The notes beneath the pieces are model-generated. The model did no database searches and had not been told where the DNA came from. It worked only from the letters and a program-made list of their open reading frames with translations. Positions 9,948 through 20,803 of a DNA stretch of 64,000 bases are shown here, in pieces. Numbering within the stretch: position 1 is the first letter of the stretch; each line of letters starts with the position of its first letter. The stretch comes from Alphaproteobacteria bacterium (GTDB lineage: Bacteria; Pseudomonadota; Alphaproteobacteria; Bin95), in assembly GCA_965206075.1 (NCBI GenBank), contig CBDBIS010000005.1, forward strand, positions 3,455,813 to 3,519,812, given 5' to 3'. The translations under genes and the position numbers were made by a program.

Positions 9948-11096
9948 TCAGTTCCCGGCCAGGAAGTCGCGGATGGCGAGCGCTTCGTCGAGGCCGGACA
10001 GCACGCGGTCGGCGTCCAGCGGCAGGGCCTGCGACGACAGGCGCACCACGACCGCCTCGGCGCGGCGGTCGACATAGATGTTCTGCCCGTGGATGCCGAT
10101 GCCGAAGATGAGGGGCCGCTCGCCGCGCAGCACGTAGCATTGCGAACGGTAGTGCATCGCCCTTCCGGGGAAGAAATCCGCGAAATCGCCCATGTCCCAG
10201 GCGTCCGGATCCCCGCCCGTTTCGATATCGTCGATCCAGCGTTCCGGCAACACCTGCCTGCCGTCCCGGCAGCCGTTTTCGACGATCAGCTGGCCGATGC
10301 GGGCCAGGTCGCGGGCAGTAACGCACATGCCGCCGGCAGCCCTGGGCGCGCCCAGCCGGTCCACGGTGATGTAGGCCGCGCGCTCGGCCCCGGACGGGGC
10401 CCACAAGAGGCGGCTCATCAGGTCGGCGTAGCGCTCGCCCGTCGCCCGCTCGATGACCCAGGCCAGAAGGTCCGTATTGGTCGAGACATAGTGGAAGCGT
10501 TGCCCGTGCTCCCCGTCCGCCTCGGTCAGTCGGGAATAGAAGGAGCGCAAGTCCGACGGCGGCTCCTGCGGGTCCACCGGATTCCACCCGGTCGCCTGGC
10601 GGTAGGCGATAATCGGCCCGCTTGCGGCGAGATAGTCCTCGTCGAACAGGATGCCCACGCGCATGTCGAGCAGGTGGCGCACCGTCGCGCCGCGATAGAC
10701 GGTTTCCCCGACCTCCGGGACATAGTCGGTGACGGGCGCTTCGACATCGAGGCGCCCCGCTTCCGCAAGGATGCCGGCGAGCAGGCCCAGCATGGACTTC
10801 GAGACGGACATCAGAATGTGCGGCGTCGTGCCGGTCATGCCTTCGCCGTAGCGTTCCGCCACGAGATGGCCGCGGTGCAGCACCAGCAACGCATCGCAGC
10901 CCTTCGCCACGTCCTCGAAGCCCGGCAACGCCGCGGGCGCTTCGGGCAAGGGGCGTACCGAAGCGGGATCGTTGGCGATTTCCGCCGAGGGGATCAGTTC
11001 CCGCACATGGCGGAAGGCCCAGCGGTTGAAGGGCGCGGTCCGCCAATTTGCGAGCGTAACCTGTTCCTCTGCCGGAGGCGGGAAGCGGTCCATCAT
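9948..11096 (-). CDS. Beta-lactamase-family serine hydrolase (6-aminohexanoate-dimer hydrolase-like)
   Basis: LANWRTAPFNRWAF, HILMSVSKS (SxxK), HYVSTNTD, GIHGQ motifs. Confidence 0.9.
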   Translation of the reverse strand: MMDRFPPPAEEQVTLANWRTAPFNRWAFRHVRELIPSAEIANDPASVRPLPEAPAALPGFEDVAKGCDALLVLHRGHLVAERYGEGMTGTTPHILMSVSKSMLGLLAGILAEAGRLDVEAPVTDYVPEVGETVYRGATVRHLLDMRVGILFDEDYLAASGPIIAYRQATGWNPVDPQEPPSDLRSFYSRLTEADGEHGQRFHYVSTNTDLLAWVIERATGERYADLMSRLLWAPSGAERAAYITVDRLGAPRAAGGMCVTARDLARIGQLIVENGCRDGRQVLPERWIDDIETGGDPDAWDMGDFADFFPGRAMHYRSQCYVLRGERPLIFGIGIHGQNIYVDRRAEAVVVRLSSQALPLDADRVLSGLDEALAIRDFLAGN

Positions 11097-11127
11097 CTCT
11101 TCTGTCCTTTACCGGCCGCTGCCGGGA

Positions 11128-12444
11128 TCATACCGGGAGCCGCACGCGCACGCCGAGGCCGCCCTCGGGCGAGTCGCCCAGATGGATATCGCCCCCATGG
11201 CTCTGGACCACGTCGCGCGCAATGGAAAGGCCGAGACCGATGCCGCCGGCCTTCCCGCCTTCCGTCCGGTCGCGGCGGTAGAAGGGGCGAAACACCCTTT
11301 CCCGGTCGGCGGCGGGCACGCCCGGCCCATCGTCGTCGATCTCGATCTCGAACCACTCGCCCCGTTCCCGGCATACGATCCAGACCTGACCGGCGTAGCG
11401 CATGGCGTTGTCGATCAGGTTGACCAGGCAGCGCCGAACGGCGGTTGCCTGCACCGGAATCGTCGGGGCGCTGGCGATGCGAAGATCGATGGAGCCGCCG
11501 GCCCGCCGCGCGCCGGTCACGACATCCTCCACCAATTCGCCGAGATCGGTTTCCACGGCCTCCTCGCCGCCCTCGCCGCGGGCAAAGGCCAGGTAGGCTT
11601 CCAGCATCGCTTCCATTTCGGCGATGTCGGCCTGCAATCCGCGCGCATCCTCGTTCTCCGGCTGCAGGGCCAGCGCCACCTTCATGCGCGCGAGCGGCGT
11701 GCGGAGATCGTGGGAGACGCCGGCCAGCATCTCCGTGCGCTGGCCGATCTGGCGGCGGATGCGCTCTCGCATGCGCCGGAACGCCACCGTTGCCCGGCGC
11801 ACCTCTGTCGCTCCCGCCAGCTTGGGGTCCTTGGCCTCCCTGCCCTTGCCATAGGCGTCGGCCGCCTCCGCGAGGCGCCGGATGGGGCGGATCTGGTTGC
11901 GCATGAACAGCCCGGCAACCGCGAACAGGATCATCGAGGTGCCGACCATCCAGAGCGCCCAGAAGGTCGCGGTCTGGCTGAACAGGCGCCGCCGCGGCGC
12001 CACGACATGCAGCACGCTGTCCGTAAGCTGCACCTTGATGACGATTTCGTCCTCGAAGGCCGTCGTGTCGAACTGGAAGGGCCGACGCACACGCTGCGTC
12101 AACTCCCGGGCGAGGAGGCGGTCCAGGCCGCCCTTCGGTTCCTGCTGCGGACGGTTCGGCAGGATGGCGCCGGGAGCGATGGTCGCGCGAAGGTCGGTGC
12201 GCTGGGCAAGGAGCTTCAGCAGGACCGCCTGGGCCTCCGCGCCGGGGAAACGGTCCATCGCGTCGATGACCAGGCCGATTTCGCCCGCCACACCGGCTGC
12301 CAGGCGCTTCATGATGATATGCCAGTGCCGCTCGTAGAAGATCCATGTCGAGACGATCTGCAGGAGGATAAGCGGCATCACGATGATGAGCAGGGACCGC
12401 GCAAACAGCGTGCGCGGCAGGAAGCGTTCGAGACGCCCGGCCAT
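11128..12444 (-). CDS. envZ: EnvZ-like sensor histidine kinase
   Basis: Two TM segments, HAMP domain, GVSHDLRTPL, NLIDNA, DDDGPG, GIGLGL; TGATG coupling to the regulator. Confidence 0.85.
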   Translation of the reverse strand: MAGRLERFLPRTLFARSLLIIVMPLILLQIVSTWIFYERHWHIIMKRLAAGVAGEIGLVIDAMDRFPGAEAQAVLLKLLAQRTDLRATIAPGAILPNRPQQEPKGGLDRLLARELTQRVRRPFQFDTTAFEDEIVIKVQLTDSVLHVVAPRRRLFSQTATFWALWMVGTSMILFAVAGLFMRNQIRPIRRLAEAADAYGKGREAKDPKLAGATEVRRATVAFRRMRERIRRQIGQRTEMLAGVSHDLRTPLARMKVALALQPENEDARGLQADIAEMEAMLEAYLAFARGEGGEEAVETDLGELVEDVVTGARRAGGSIDLRIASAPTIPVQATAVRRCLVNLIDNAMRYAGQVWIVCRERGEWFEIEIDDDGPGVPAADRERVFRPFYRRDRTEGGKAGGIGLGLSIARDVVQSHGGDIHLGDSPEGGLGVRVRLPV

Positions 12445-13190
12445 CAGTCGGGCCGCAGCGCGTAGCCGCGCCCCCACACCGTGACGAGATAGCGGGGATG
12501 CTTGTGGTCCGGCTCCAGCTTCCGGCGCAGGCGCGCGACCTGCACGTCCACGGCCCGGCCGGTCCCCACGCTCATGACGGCCAGTTCCTCGCGCGAGACC
12601 GTATCGCCCCCGCGAAGGGAGAGCGCGCTCAGCAGCAGCGACTCCGCCGGGGCCAGCCGGCGGACCGACCCGTCCTCATGCTCCAACGTTTCGCGGCCGG
12701 GGCTCCAGGAAAGCGGACCGAAGCGCAGCGTCTCGCGGTGCGCAGGCCCGCGCCGGCGCAGGATGGTGCGGATGCGCAACACGAGCTCGCGCGGCTCGAA
12801 GGGCTTGACCATGTAGTCTTCGGCGCCCGCTTCGAGGCCGCGCACCCGGTCCTCGGGCTCGTCCATTGCCGTCAGCAGCAAGATCGGGGTCGCGCTCCCG
12901 GCCTCCGCCAGCGCCGCGCTGAGTTCCAGGCCGGACTCGCCCGGCAGCATGATGTCGAGAACGATCAGGTCGAAGGCGATCCCGGCCATCGCCCTGCGGG
13001 CCGCCTCCGCTTCCTCCATCGCGGTCACCCGGAATCCCGCGCCGGCGAGATAGCGCTTCAGGAGCGCGCGCAGCCGCTCGTCATCGTCCACGAGCAGGAT
13101 ATGGGGAAGATCCTGGGAACGGGCGGGCGAAATCGCTTCACGCATCGGTATAAATCCGCCATAAGCTGCAGCGCTGTGTTCCGGTATCAT
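12444..13190 (-). CDS. ompR: OmpR-family response regulator (start uncertain)
   Basis: LLVDDD, LDIMLPG, DYMVKPF, RAVDVQVARLRRK, TVWGRGY motifs. Confidence 0.85.
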   Translation of the reverse strand: MIPEHSAAAYGGFIPMREAISPARSQDLPHILLVDDDERLRALLKRYLAGAGFRVTAMEEAEAARRAMAGIAFDLIVLDIMLPGESGLELSAALAEAGSATPILLLTAMDEPEDRVRGLEAGAEDYMVKPFEPRELVLRIRTILRRRGPAHRETLRFGPLSWSPGRETLEHEDGSVRRLAPAESLLLSALSLRGGDTVSREELAVMSVGTGRAVDVQVARLRRKLEPDHKHPRYLVTVWGRGYALRPD

Positions 13191-13221
13191 ATCGTGCCCG
13201 GAGAACGAGGAGAAATGCGCG

Positions 13222-14103
13222 ATGGCGGTGGACCTGCTCCCCTATGACGACCGCGACGGCTTTATCTGGCTGGACGGCGCGCTGGTTCCCTGGCGCGATG
13301 CCAGGCTGCATGTCCTGAGCCACGCCCTGCATTACGCCAGCGCGGTCTTCGAAGGCGAACGGGTTTATGACGGGCATATCTTCCGTTCGCGCGCCCATAC
13401 CGAGCGCCTCCACAATTCCGCCCGGCTGATGGGCTTCGAGATTCCCTGGTCGGTGGATGTGCTGGAAAGCGCCAAGCGCGAAGTGCTGCAGGCGAACGGC
13501 CTCAAGGACGCCTATGTGCGCCCGGTGGCGTGGCGCGGCGCGGAGATGATGGGCGTGTCGGCGCAGGACGCCACGATCCATGTCGCGATCGCGGCCTGGT
13601 TCTGGGGCGCCTATTTCGGCGACGGCACGGAGATGTCGGGCATCCGCATGAAGACCGGCCGCTATCGCCGGCCGGGCCCCGAATGCGGTCCCGTGCAGGC
13701 CAAGGCGACCGGCCACTACCTCATCTGCACGCTCAACAAGCACGAGGTCGAGGCCGAGGGCTACCACGACGCGCTGTTCCTCGATACCAGGGGCTTCATC
13801 GCGGAGGGCTCCGGCGCCAACATCTTCCTCGTCCAGGAGGGCAAGCTGCACACGCCGACGCCGGAGAGCTTCCTGAACGGCATCACCCGCCAGGCCGTGA
13901 TCGGCCTTGCCGAGGCGCGCCAGATCCCGGTGGTCGAGCGCTCGATCCTGCCGGAAGAGTTCGCGAAGACCTCCGAAGTGTTCGTGACCGGCACCGCCGC
14001 CGAGATAACGCCCGTCGCCGAGATCGACGACTACCGCTTCACGCCGGCCGACATCACCCGCACGCTGATGGAAGATTACCGCGCCATCACCTCGACCGGA
14101 TAA
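13222..14103 (+). CDS. ilvE: Branched-chain amino acid aminotransferase
   Basis: HALHYASAVFEG, AEGSGANIF, LNGITR, GTAAEITPV motifs. Confidence 0.95.
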   Translation: MAVDLLPYDDRDGFIWLDGALVPWRDARLHVLSHALHYASAVFEGERVYDGHIFRSRAHTERLHNSARLMGFEIPWSVDVLESAKREVLQANGLKDAYVRPVAWRGAEMMGVSAQDATIHVAIAAWFWGAYFGDGTEMSGIRMKTGRYRRPGPECGPVQAKATGHYLICTLNKHEVEAEGYHDALFLDTRGFIAEGSGANIFLVQEGKLHTPTPESFLNGITRQAVIGLAEARQIPVVERSILPEEFAKTSEVFVTGTAAEITPVAEIDDYRFTPADITRTLMEDYRAITSTG

Positions 14104-14126
14104 CGAAAGCAAGAGGACTGTCACCC

Positions 14127-15329
<1,203 letters not shown>

Positions 15330-15414
15330 CCGCCGGGTTTTCCCGCCTGCCCTCGCGGAAGCGGGGCGCCCCGCTCCCCATGACGGAGAGGAGGGAAGCG
15401 CGCGCCCCGGAAGA

Positions 15415-15544
15415 CCCTCTCCCTCTGGGAGAGGGCAGGGTGAGGGGCCGCTTTCGCGCCAGCGGAAGCGGCGGGCGCAGCCCGGCAACCGCCCGTCACG
15501 CCGAGAGAGCCCCCACCCGGCCTCCCCCGCAAGCGGGGGAGGAG
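15415..15544. repeat. REP/BIME-like paired palindromes (family A)
   Basis: CCCTCTCCCTCTGGGAGAGGG...CCTCCCCCGCAAGCGGGGGAGG with a conserved spacer shared with 20572-20703 and 44934-45064. Confidence 0.85.
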
Positions 15545-15664
15545 AAGAAAGGAGCAAGCGCGGGAGAGGCAAAAGAGCAAGGCCGGCTGACGCACCGCAC
15601 ACAGGCCGAAATGAGATGTGTGCATCCGGTAGGCCCGCGGGGAGAGGCCCGCCGCATTTTCCGT

Positions 15665-15697
15665 TTGACTTTATCCCCATATATTCTATATATGTTC
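15665..15697 (+). promoter_or_regulatory. Sigma70-like promoter overlapping a possible alphaproteobacterial LexA box
   Basis: TTGACT at 15665 and CTATAT at 15686; ATTC-N7-GTTC at 15683-15697 (one mismatch to GTTC-N7-GTTC). Confidence 0.5.
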
Positions 15698-15883
15698 CAT
15701 CGCAAAGCGAAAGGCGACCGAGGGGATGACCTGACGAAACGCGCCGCATTGCGGCCATGCGAAGGGATGTGGGGAGCTGAACGCGCCGGGGGCGGCAGAC
15801 AGGGGAGGTGCGCGCGCCGCGATCGCCGCGATGCGGCGATTGGCAGGTCGGGTTGAAACGGCGGGGAGGGTAAGGAGCAAGGC

Positions 15884-16318
15884 GTGGCGGAAGGGCCGGA
15901 AGACGCGCTCGCGGTGTCCGGGCGGGGCCGGGCGGTCGGCATGGAGTTGCGGCGCCGGGCGGTGGCGGCGGTGGTGCAGGGCGGCATGAGCACGCGGGCG
16001 GCGGCGGCGCGGTTCGGGCTGAGCGCGCCGAGCGTCAGCCGCTGGGTGAACCGCTTTCGCGAGCGCGGGCATGTGGAGCCGGACCCGCGCGGCGGCGGAC
16101 GCCGCTCGCAGGTGGAGGTGGAGCGCGAGCGGATCGTCCGCATCCTGGAGGCATGCCCGGAAATGTCCAGCCGGGCGCTGGGCGAGGCGCTGGCCGCAGA
16201 AGGCGTGCGGTTCTCCGACCGGACCCTGCGCGGGTTCCTCAAGCGCCACCGCATGGAGCGCCCCCGCCGCCTCGCCGTCCGCCGCCAGCGGAAGCGCTGG
16301 AAGGCAAGCGGCGGTTAG
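15884..16318 (+). mobile_element. IS630-family transposase N-terminal HTH ORF with no DDE domain
   Basis: ELRRRAVAAV..MSTRAAAARFGLSAPSVSRWVNRFRERG..P....GG..L...L...GVRFS..TL..FLKRH; no catalytic ORF follows. Confidence 0.75.
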
Positions 16319-16700
16319 GGGCCGGGACCGTCCGGGACTCCTTGCATATAGACGGCCTCATAGCGGCGGCGGCCCATGACTCACGGAGAATGCCTCCCCC
16401 GCTTGTAGTCCCGGACGCCGTGCCAACGACGATCGGGGGACGGTTCCGGCTTTCCCGGCCGGCATAGGCGGTCCTATCTCGTCTAAAACGGCTGCAACAG
16501 GTGCAAAGGGCCGGGGATGGACCCAAGATCGGGTCCGGGTATAACGGAGGGAATGCGGGCGCGGGGGCTTTGGCGGATAAGCAGGAAACACAGGACATCG
16601 CCGGATCTTCAAAAGCGGCTCCCCTGGCGTTCCGGGGCGGCGCTCTATCCGCAGGAAGCGGCATGTGGCAACATTGCGGTTGCTGGCGGGGAGTAGGGGC

Positions 16701-17759
16701 ATGACCGGTGAAGGCGGTGAGCGCCTGTACTGGATGCGCTTCGAGGTTGGGAAAGACGGAGCCCACACGGTCCCGGCGCCGGTGCTTGTGGATTCCGTAG
16801 CCAGCATCCAGCGGGTCGTGTATCTGCTGGCGAAGTTCGCGCGGAGGGAGGAGCTGGGTCGACGTGCGTCCTTCTCTCGCGCGCTGCGGGAGGCGTTCGC
16901 GCTCCAGTGCCGGGTTCCCGAGCCGGGCAGCTACGCGATGCCGTTCGAGATCGGCAGGGCGGCGCACTCTCCGCCGGTGGGAGGGGAAGCTGACGAGGTG
17001 CGTCGGCTGTTCCGGCGGGTGACAACGGCGGTGGGTAAGGGCAACGTCGATGCCGTCCGGGCGTTGGTGCCGGACCCGCACTATCTGGATTGTCTGGGGG
17101 ACGCGTACCGGAAGGCGGCGCCGCCGCCGCGCAGCGGCGTCTCGTTCTGGCTGGAGGACCATCGACGGCGGACGATTCTCGATAGCCGCAAGATGGAGGC
17201 GGCGTTCGGTAATCTCAAGGGGCGCATCGAGCGGAAACAGTGGGTGCGCGAAGATACGATCTCCGGGATGCTCGTAGGTATGGACTTCGATGAACGCCGC
17301 ATCAGGTTGACACGTCCGGACGGAAAGTCCGTCAGCGCGTACTACGACGAGGAGTCGGAACTTCCGTTGATCGAGCATCGCAGGGGATGGGTCGGACTGA
17401 CTGGCGACGTGCTGTACGATGAGCACGGACAAGCCCTTTCGGTGACGCACGCCCGCAATTTCGTATGCTTCGACGAGGACACAATCGAACTTAGCAACGT
17501 GCATTTCTATAACGTCGCGTATCGCGCATCTCCCCCGCTGCGGTTCAACATCAGTTATGACCCGCACGATGAGCTGTACGACCTTGACGGGGAGTTCGGT
17601 ATCTCTGTGTCGGCGGCCTCGCGATTCGACTTGCACGACGAGTTGCGTGAGGCGTTGTCCATGCTGTGGATCGAGTACGGCGAGGAGTCGCCGGAAAAGC
17701 TCTCGCCAAAGGCGCAGCGTCTGCGCAGTGACCTCCGGAAGCGGTTGACGGCAGTTTAG
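16701..17759 (+). CDS. Hypothetical multidomain protein with a C-terminal HicB-like domain
   Basis: 352 aa, GGAG-like RBS; C-terminus GEFGISVSAASRFDLHDELREALSMLWIEY..ESPEKLSPKAQRL resembles the HicB fold; abuts the toxin-like gene. Confidence 0.7.
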   Translation: MTGEGGERLYWMRFEVGKDGAHTVPAPVLVDSVASIQRVVYLLAKFARREELGRRASFSRALREAFALQCRVPEPGSYAMPFEIGRAAHSPPVGGEADEVRRLFRRVTTAVGKGNVDAVRALVPDPHYLDCLGDAYRKAAPPPRSGVSFWLEDHRRRTILDSRKMEAAFGNLKGRIERKQWVREDTISGMLVGMDFDERRIRLTRPDGKSVSAYYDEESELPLIEHRRGWVGLTGDVLYDEHGQALSVTHARNFVCFDEDTIELSNVHFYNVAYRASPPLRFNISYDPHDELYDLDGEFGISVSAASRFDLHDELREALSMLWIEYGEESPEKLSPKAQRLRSDLRKRLTAV

Positions 17760-18050
17760 GTGGCGGCAACCTATAAACGGGCCGCAGTAGAGAGCGCACT
17801 TAAGGCCAAGGGGTTCCGTCGGCGCGAGAGCCACCACAGTTATTTCGTTTACTACACTGAAGGAGGCATGAAGACGCCAGTCTGGACGAAGACGTCGCAC
17901 GGAAAGGGTGGCGCCGATATTTCGAACAAGCTGCGCAGTCGTATGGCGAAGCAGTGCAAGCTTCGCACGGCGGAATTCCGTGACTTGGTCGACTGCTCCC
18001 TGTCGCAAGCCGAGTACGAGGCATTGCTGACCGGGAAGGGCGAAATCTGA
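17760..18050 (+). CDS. HicA-like (dsRBD-fold) toxin
   Basis: 96 aa, basic; LKAKGF...SHHSYF...TKTSHG...DIS..L..RMAKQCKL pattern; starts immediately after the upstream stop. Confidence 0.75.
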   Translation: MAATYKRAAVESALKAKGFRRRESHHSYFVYYTEGGMKTPVWTKTSHGKGGADISNKLRSRMAKQCKLRTAEFRDLVDCSLSQAEYEALLTGKGEI

Positions 18051-18430
18051 CGTATCGAGAAGTTTCCTGACTGCCCAGGATGCCATCCTTGGAGCGCAAT
18101 TCCGCGGCACCGTCTTGCGACCGGAAGCCCGCACGCTGCCTGCGTCGCCCCGGACAGCGCGCCAGCGTCGTGTCGAGGTCTTCGGACGAAGGCCCGCCCC
18201 TGTTGCTTGAGGCTCCGGCTCGGGGGCCCGGGGGGACGTAAAGGGGCGTCGCGCCTGCATCCTGGGTTTACGCTCGGGTATGACGGAGGAGCCTGTCCTG
18301 AGGCCTGTCTGGGGCGGTGTTCGGACATGGCGGGCGCCCGCTGCCGGCGTTTACCGGCCGGGCGCCCTTCGACGATACTCCATCCGGGGCGGGCGGGCCC
18401 CGCCGTGCCGCCACCGCCGCAAGGGGAGCC

Positions 18431-19756
18431 ATGACCGCAACCCGCCAGCTCCGGTTAGGGGCGTTCATGCGCCCGGTGAGCATCCATACGGCATGGTGGC
18501 GCTATACGGGCAGTATGCCGGACGCCAACTTCAATCTCGGCTGCCTGGCCGCGTTCGCCCGGACGCTGGAACGGGGATGCTTCGATGCGTTCTTCATGGC
18601 GGACCACCTTGCGGTGCTCAACATGCCGATGGATGCGCTCAAGCGCAGCGCCACCGTCACCTCGTTCGATCCGCTCACACTCCTGCCCGCGCTGGCGATG
18701 GTCACCGACCGGCTCGGCCTCATCGCGACCGCATCGACCACCTTCGAGCCGCCCTATACGGTCGCCCGGCGGTTCGCTTCGCTCGACCACATCAGCAACG
18801 GGCGCGCAGGCTGGAACCTCGTCACGACCTCGAACCCCGACGCCGCGCTCAACTTCGGCCAGACCGAACAGATGACGCATGGCGAGCGTTACCGCCGGGC
18901 GCGCGAATATTTCGATGTGGTGACCGGCCTGTGGGACAGCTGGGCCGACGACGCCTTCACGCGCGACGTCGGGACGGGGCAATTCTTCGATCCCGACCGG
19001 CTCCATATCCTGGACCACCGCGGCGAGTTCTTCTCCGTGCGCGGACCGCTGAACATCGCCCGCCCGGTGCAGGGCTGGCCGCTCATCGTGCAGGCCGGCG
19101 CATCGGAGGCCGGCCGGCAGCTTGCAGCCGAAACCGCGGAGATGGTGTTTACCGGGCAAGGCACGCTGGCCGAGGGTCAGCGCTTCTACGCCGATGTGAA
19201 GGGCCGGATGGAGCGCATCGGGCGCGATCCCGACCGTATGAAGATCCTGCCGGGGGTCCTGGTCGTCATCGGGGACAGTGTCGAGGAAGCGCGCGAAAAG
19301 CGGGCGCATCTCGACAGCCTGGTCAACGACGACAGCGCGATCGCGAGCCTGTCCATTGCGCTCGGGCACGACGCTTCGACCTTCGACCCCGACGGACCGT
19401 TGCCCGAGGTGCCCGAGAGCAATGCGAGCAAGAGCGGCCGGGAACGTGCCATCGCGCTTGCCCGGCGCGAAGGGCTGACCGTGCGCGAGCTCGCGCGCCG
19501 TCTCGGGGGCTATTCGGGGCTCGCCATGGTCGGCACGCCGGCCACCATTGCCGACGAGATGCAGCACTGGCTGGAGGCCCGCGGCAGCGACGGCTTCAAT
19601 GTCATGTTTCCCTACCTGCCCGGCGGCCTGGACGCCTTCGTCGACCGGGTCGTGCCCGAATTGCAGCGCCGGGGACTCTATCGGCGGGCGTATGAGGGGG
19701 CCACGCTGCGCGAGAACCTCGGCCTGCCGCGCCCGCCTAACCGGTTCTTCCGGTAG
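18431..19756 (+). CDS. LLM-class flavin-dependent monooxygenase (NtaA/DszA/SnaA family)
   Basis: FDAFFMADH, ARRFASLDHISNGRAGWNLVT, QAGASEAG, VPELQRRG..R..Y.G.TLRENLGL motifs. Confidence 0.93.
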   Translation: MTATRQLRLGAFMRPVSIHTAWWRYTGSMPDANFNLGCLAAFARTLERGCFDAFFMADHLAVLNMPMDALKRSATVTSFDPLTLLPALAMVTDRLGLIATASTTFEPPYTVARRFASLDHISNGRAGWNLVTTSNPDAALNFGQTEQMTHGERYRRAREYFDVVTGLWDSWADDAFTRDVGTGQFFDPDRLHILDHRGEFFSVRGPLNIARPVQGWPLIVQAGASEAGRQLAAETAEMVFTGQGTLAEGQRFYADVKGRMERIGRDPDRMKILPGVLVVIGDSVEEAREKRAHLDSLVNDDSAIASLSIALGHDASTFDPDGPLPEVPESNASKSGRERAIALARREGLTVRELARRLGGYSGLAMVGTPATIADEMQHWLEARGSDGFNVMFPYLPGGLDAFVDRVVPELQRRGLYRRAYEGATLRENLGLPRPPNRFFR

Positions 19757-19782
19757 AACCTCGCCGCAACCGCCGAAGGCTA

Positions 19783-19832
19783 CCGCATGATCTTTCCGAA
19801 ACCGCGCCCGGACGAGCCGCCCTGCCTCACCG
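19783..19832 (+). repeat. 50-bp duplicate of the 5' end of gene 20804
   Basis: 47/50 identical to 20800-20849 (MIFPKPRPDEPPCL vs MIVPKPRPDEPACL). Confidence 0.9.
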
Positions 19833-19920
19833 TCCGCCGCCGGCGGAGGCGGTGGAAGGCAGCCGGCGGCTATACCGGCGGGCTCAACTTCGGCCTCATA
19901 GGAAGATTGCGTCTTCATAT

Positions 19921-20074
19921 CGTCGCCCCGGACCCCGATCCGGGGCCCATCCCTGAACGTGGAAGCGCACTGCCGGCCGTTACAGGGCGGACGCCCCCGG
20001 CAGCGCTCCGTTTGCGCCGCCGAGGCAGGTCGAGAGGGCCGGAGATGGGCCCCGGATCGGGGTCCGGGGCGACG
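19921..20074. repeat. REP-like inverted repeat (family B)
   Basis: CGTCGCCCCGGACCCCGATCCGGGGCCCATC ... GATGGGCCCCGGATCGGGGTCCGGGGCGACG, perfect 31-bp IR. Confidence 0.9.
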
Positions 20075-20289
20075 GAAGGGGGGCCCAAACGGTTCCGGTC
20101 CACGACCGCTGGTATTAGGGGGCCGGCAAAGGCCCGTCGCCCGAAGTTCCGGACATGGGTTGCGACCCCGCGCCGCCGCTCACCGGATTGTGTGTTAGGT
20201 TGCGTCGGGCGAATTGGGGCGTCCCGTGAAGGACGGCGATTGCCGGCCGGGCGGCATCCCGGTTTGAAATCCAGGATGTAGGAAGCTTC

Positions 20290-20523
20290 GTGACCGAAGA
20301 CAAACTGACCGAGTTGACCGGCAACATCGCGGCGATCGAGTTCCTGCTGGTCGAATGCCTCAAGATCGCCCTTGACGGACACCGGGAGCCTGACGCGGCC
20401 ATGCAGGCGATGCTGTCGAACCTGACCATGTTCAAGGAGGCCAGCATGAAGGCCATGCCGGAATACGCGCCGGCCCTCGACGCCGCAACCAAGCGCATGG
20501 TGGCCCTGCTGACAAGCGACTGA
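20290..20523 (+). CDS. Small hypothetical helical protein (77 aa)
   Basis: Host-like GC3 codon bias, AGGA upstream, non-repetitive protein-like composition. Confidence 0.65.
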   Translation: MTEDKLTELTGNIAAIEFLLVECLKIALDGHREPDAAMQAMLSNLTMFKEASMKAMPEYAPALDAATKRMVALLTSD

Positions 20524-20750
20524 TCCCAACGCGCGCTGAGGCGGACTCATGTTCGGAGGCAGCCTGTTTCGCTCCCCTCCCGCTTGCGGGAGGGGTTGGG
20601 GGAGGGCCTCTCGGCGTGACGGGCCTTTGCGGGGCTTCGCCCGCCGCTTCCGCTGGCGCGCAAGCGGCCCCCCACCCGGCCTCCCCCGCAAGCGGGGGAG
20701 GAGTTTCCCGGCGGCTGTCGGCATAGGTTCCGTTCAACGACCGCTGGTAC
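20521..20750. repeat. Family A palindrome pair (20572-20703) inside a ~225-bp MITE-like unit
   Basis: Reverse-complement homolog of 44887-45112, including the flanks. Confidence 0.8.
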
Positions 20751-20803
20751 GATCCCCGCGGCAGAGGGGGTGAACGCCGGGCGGTTGAGCGTTACGCTGC
20801 CGC

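Noticed and set aside
15704-15745. GAAA...CTGACGA hammerhead-like words
   Set aside because: Could not build stems I-III or a cleavage triplet by eye
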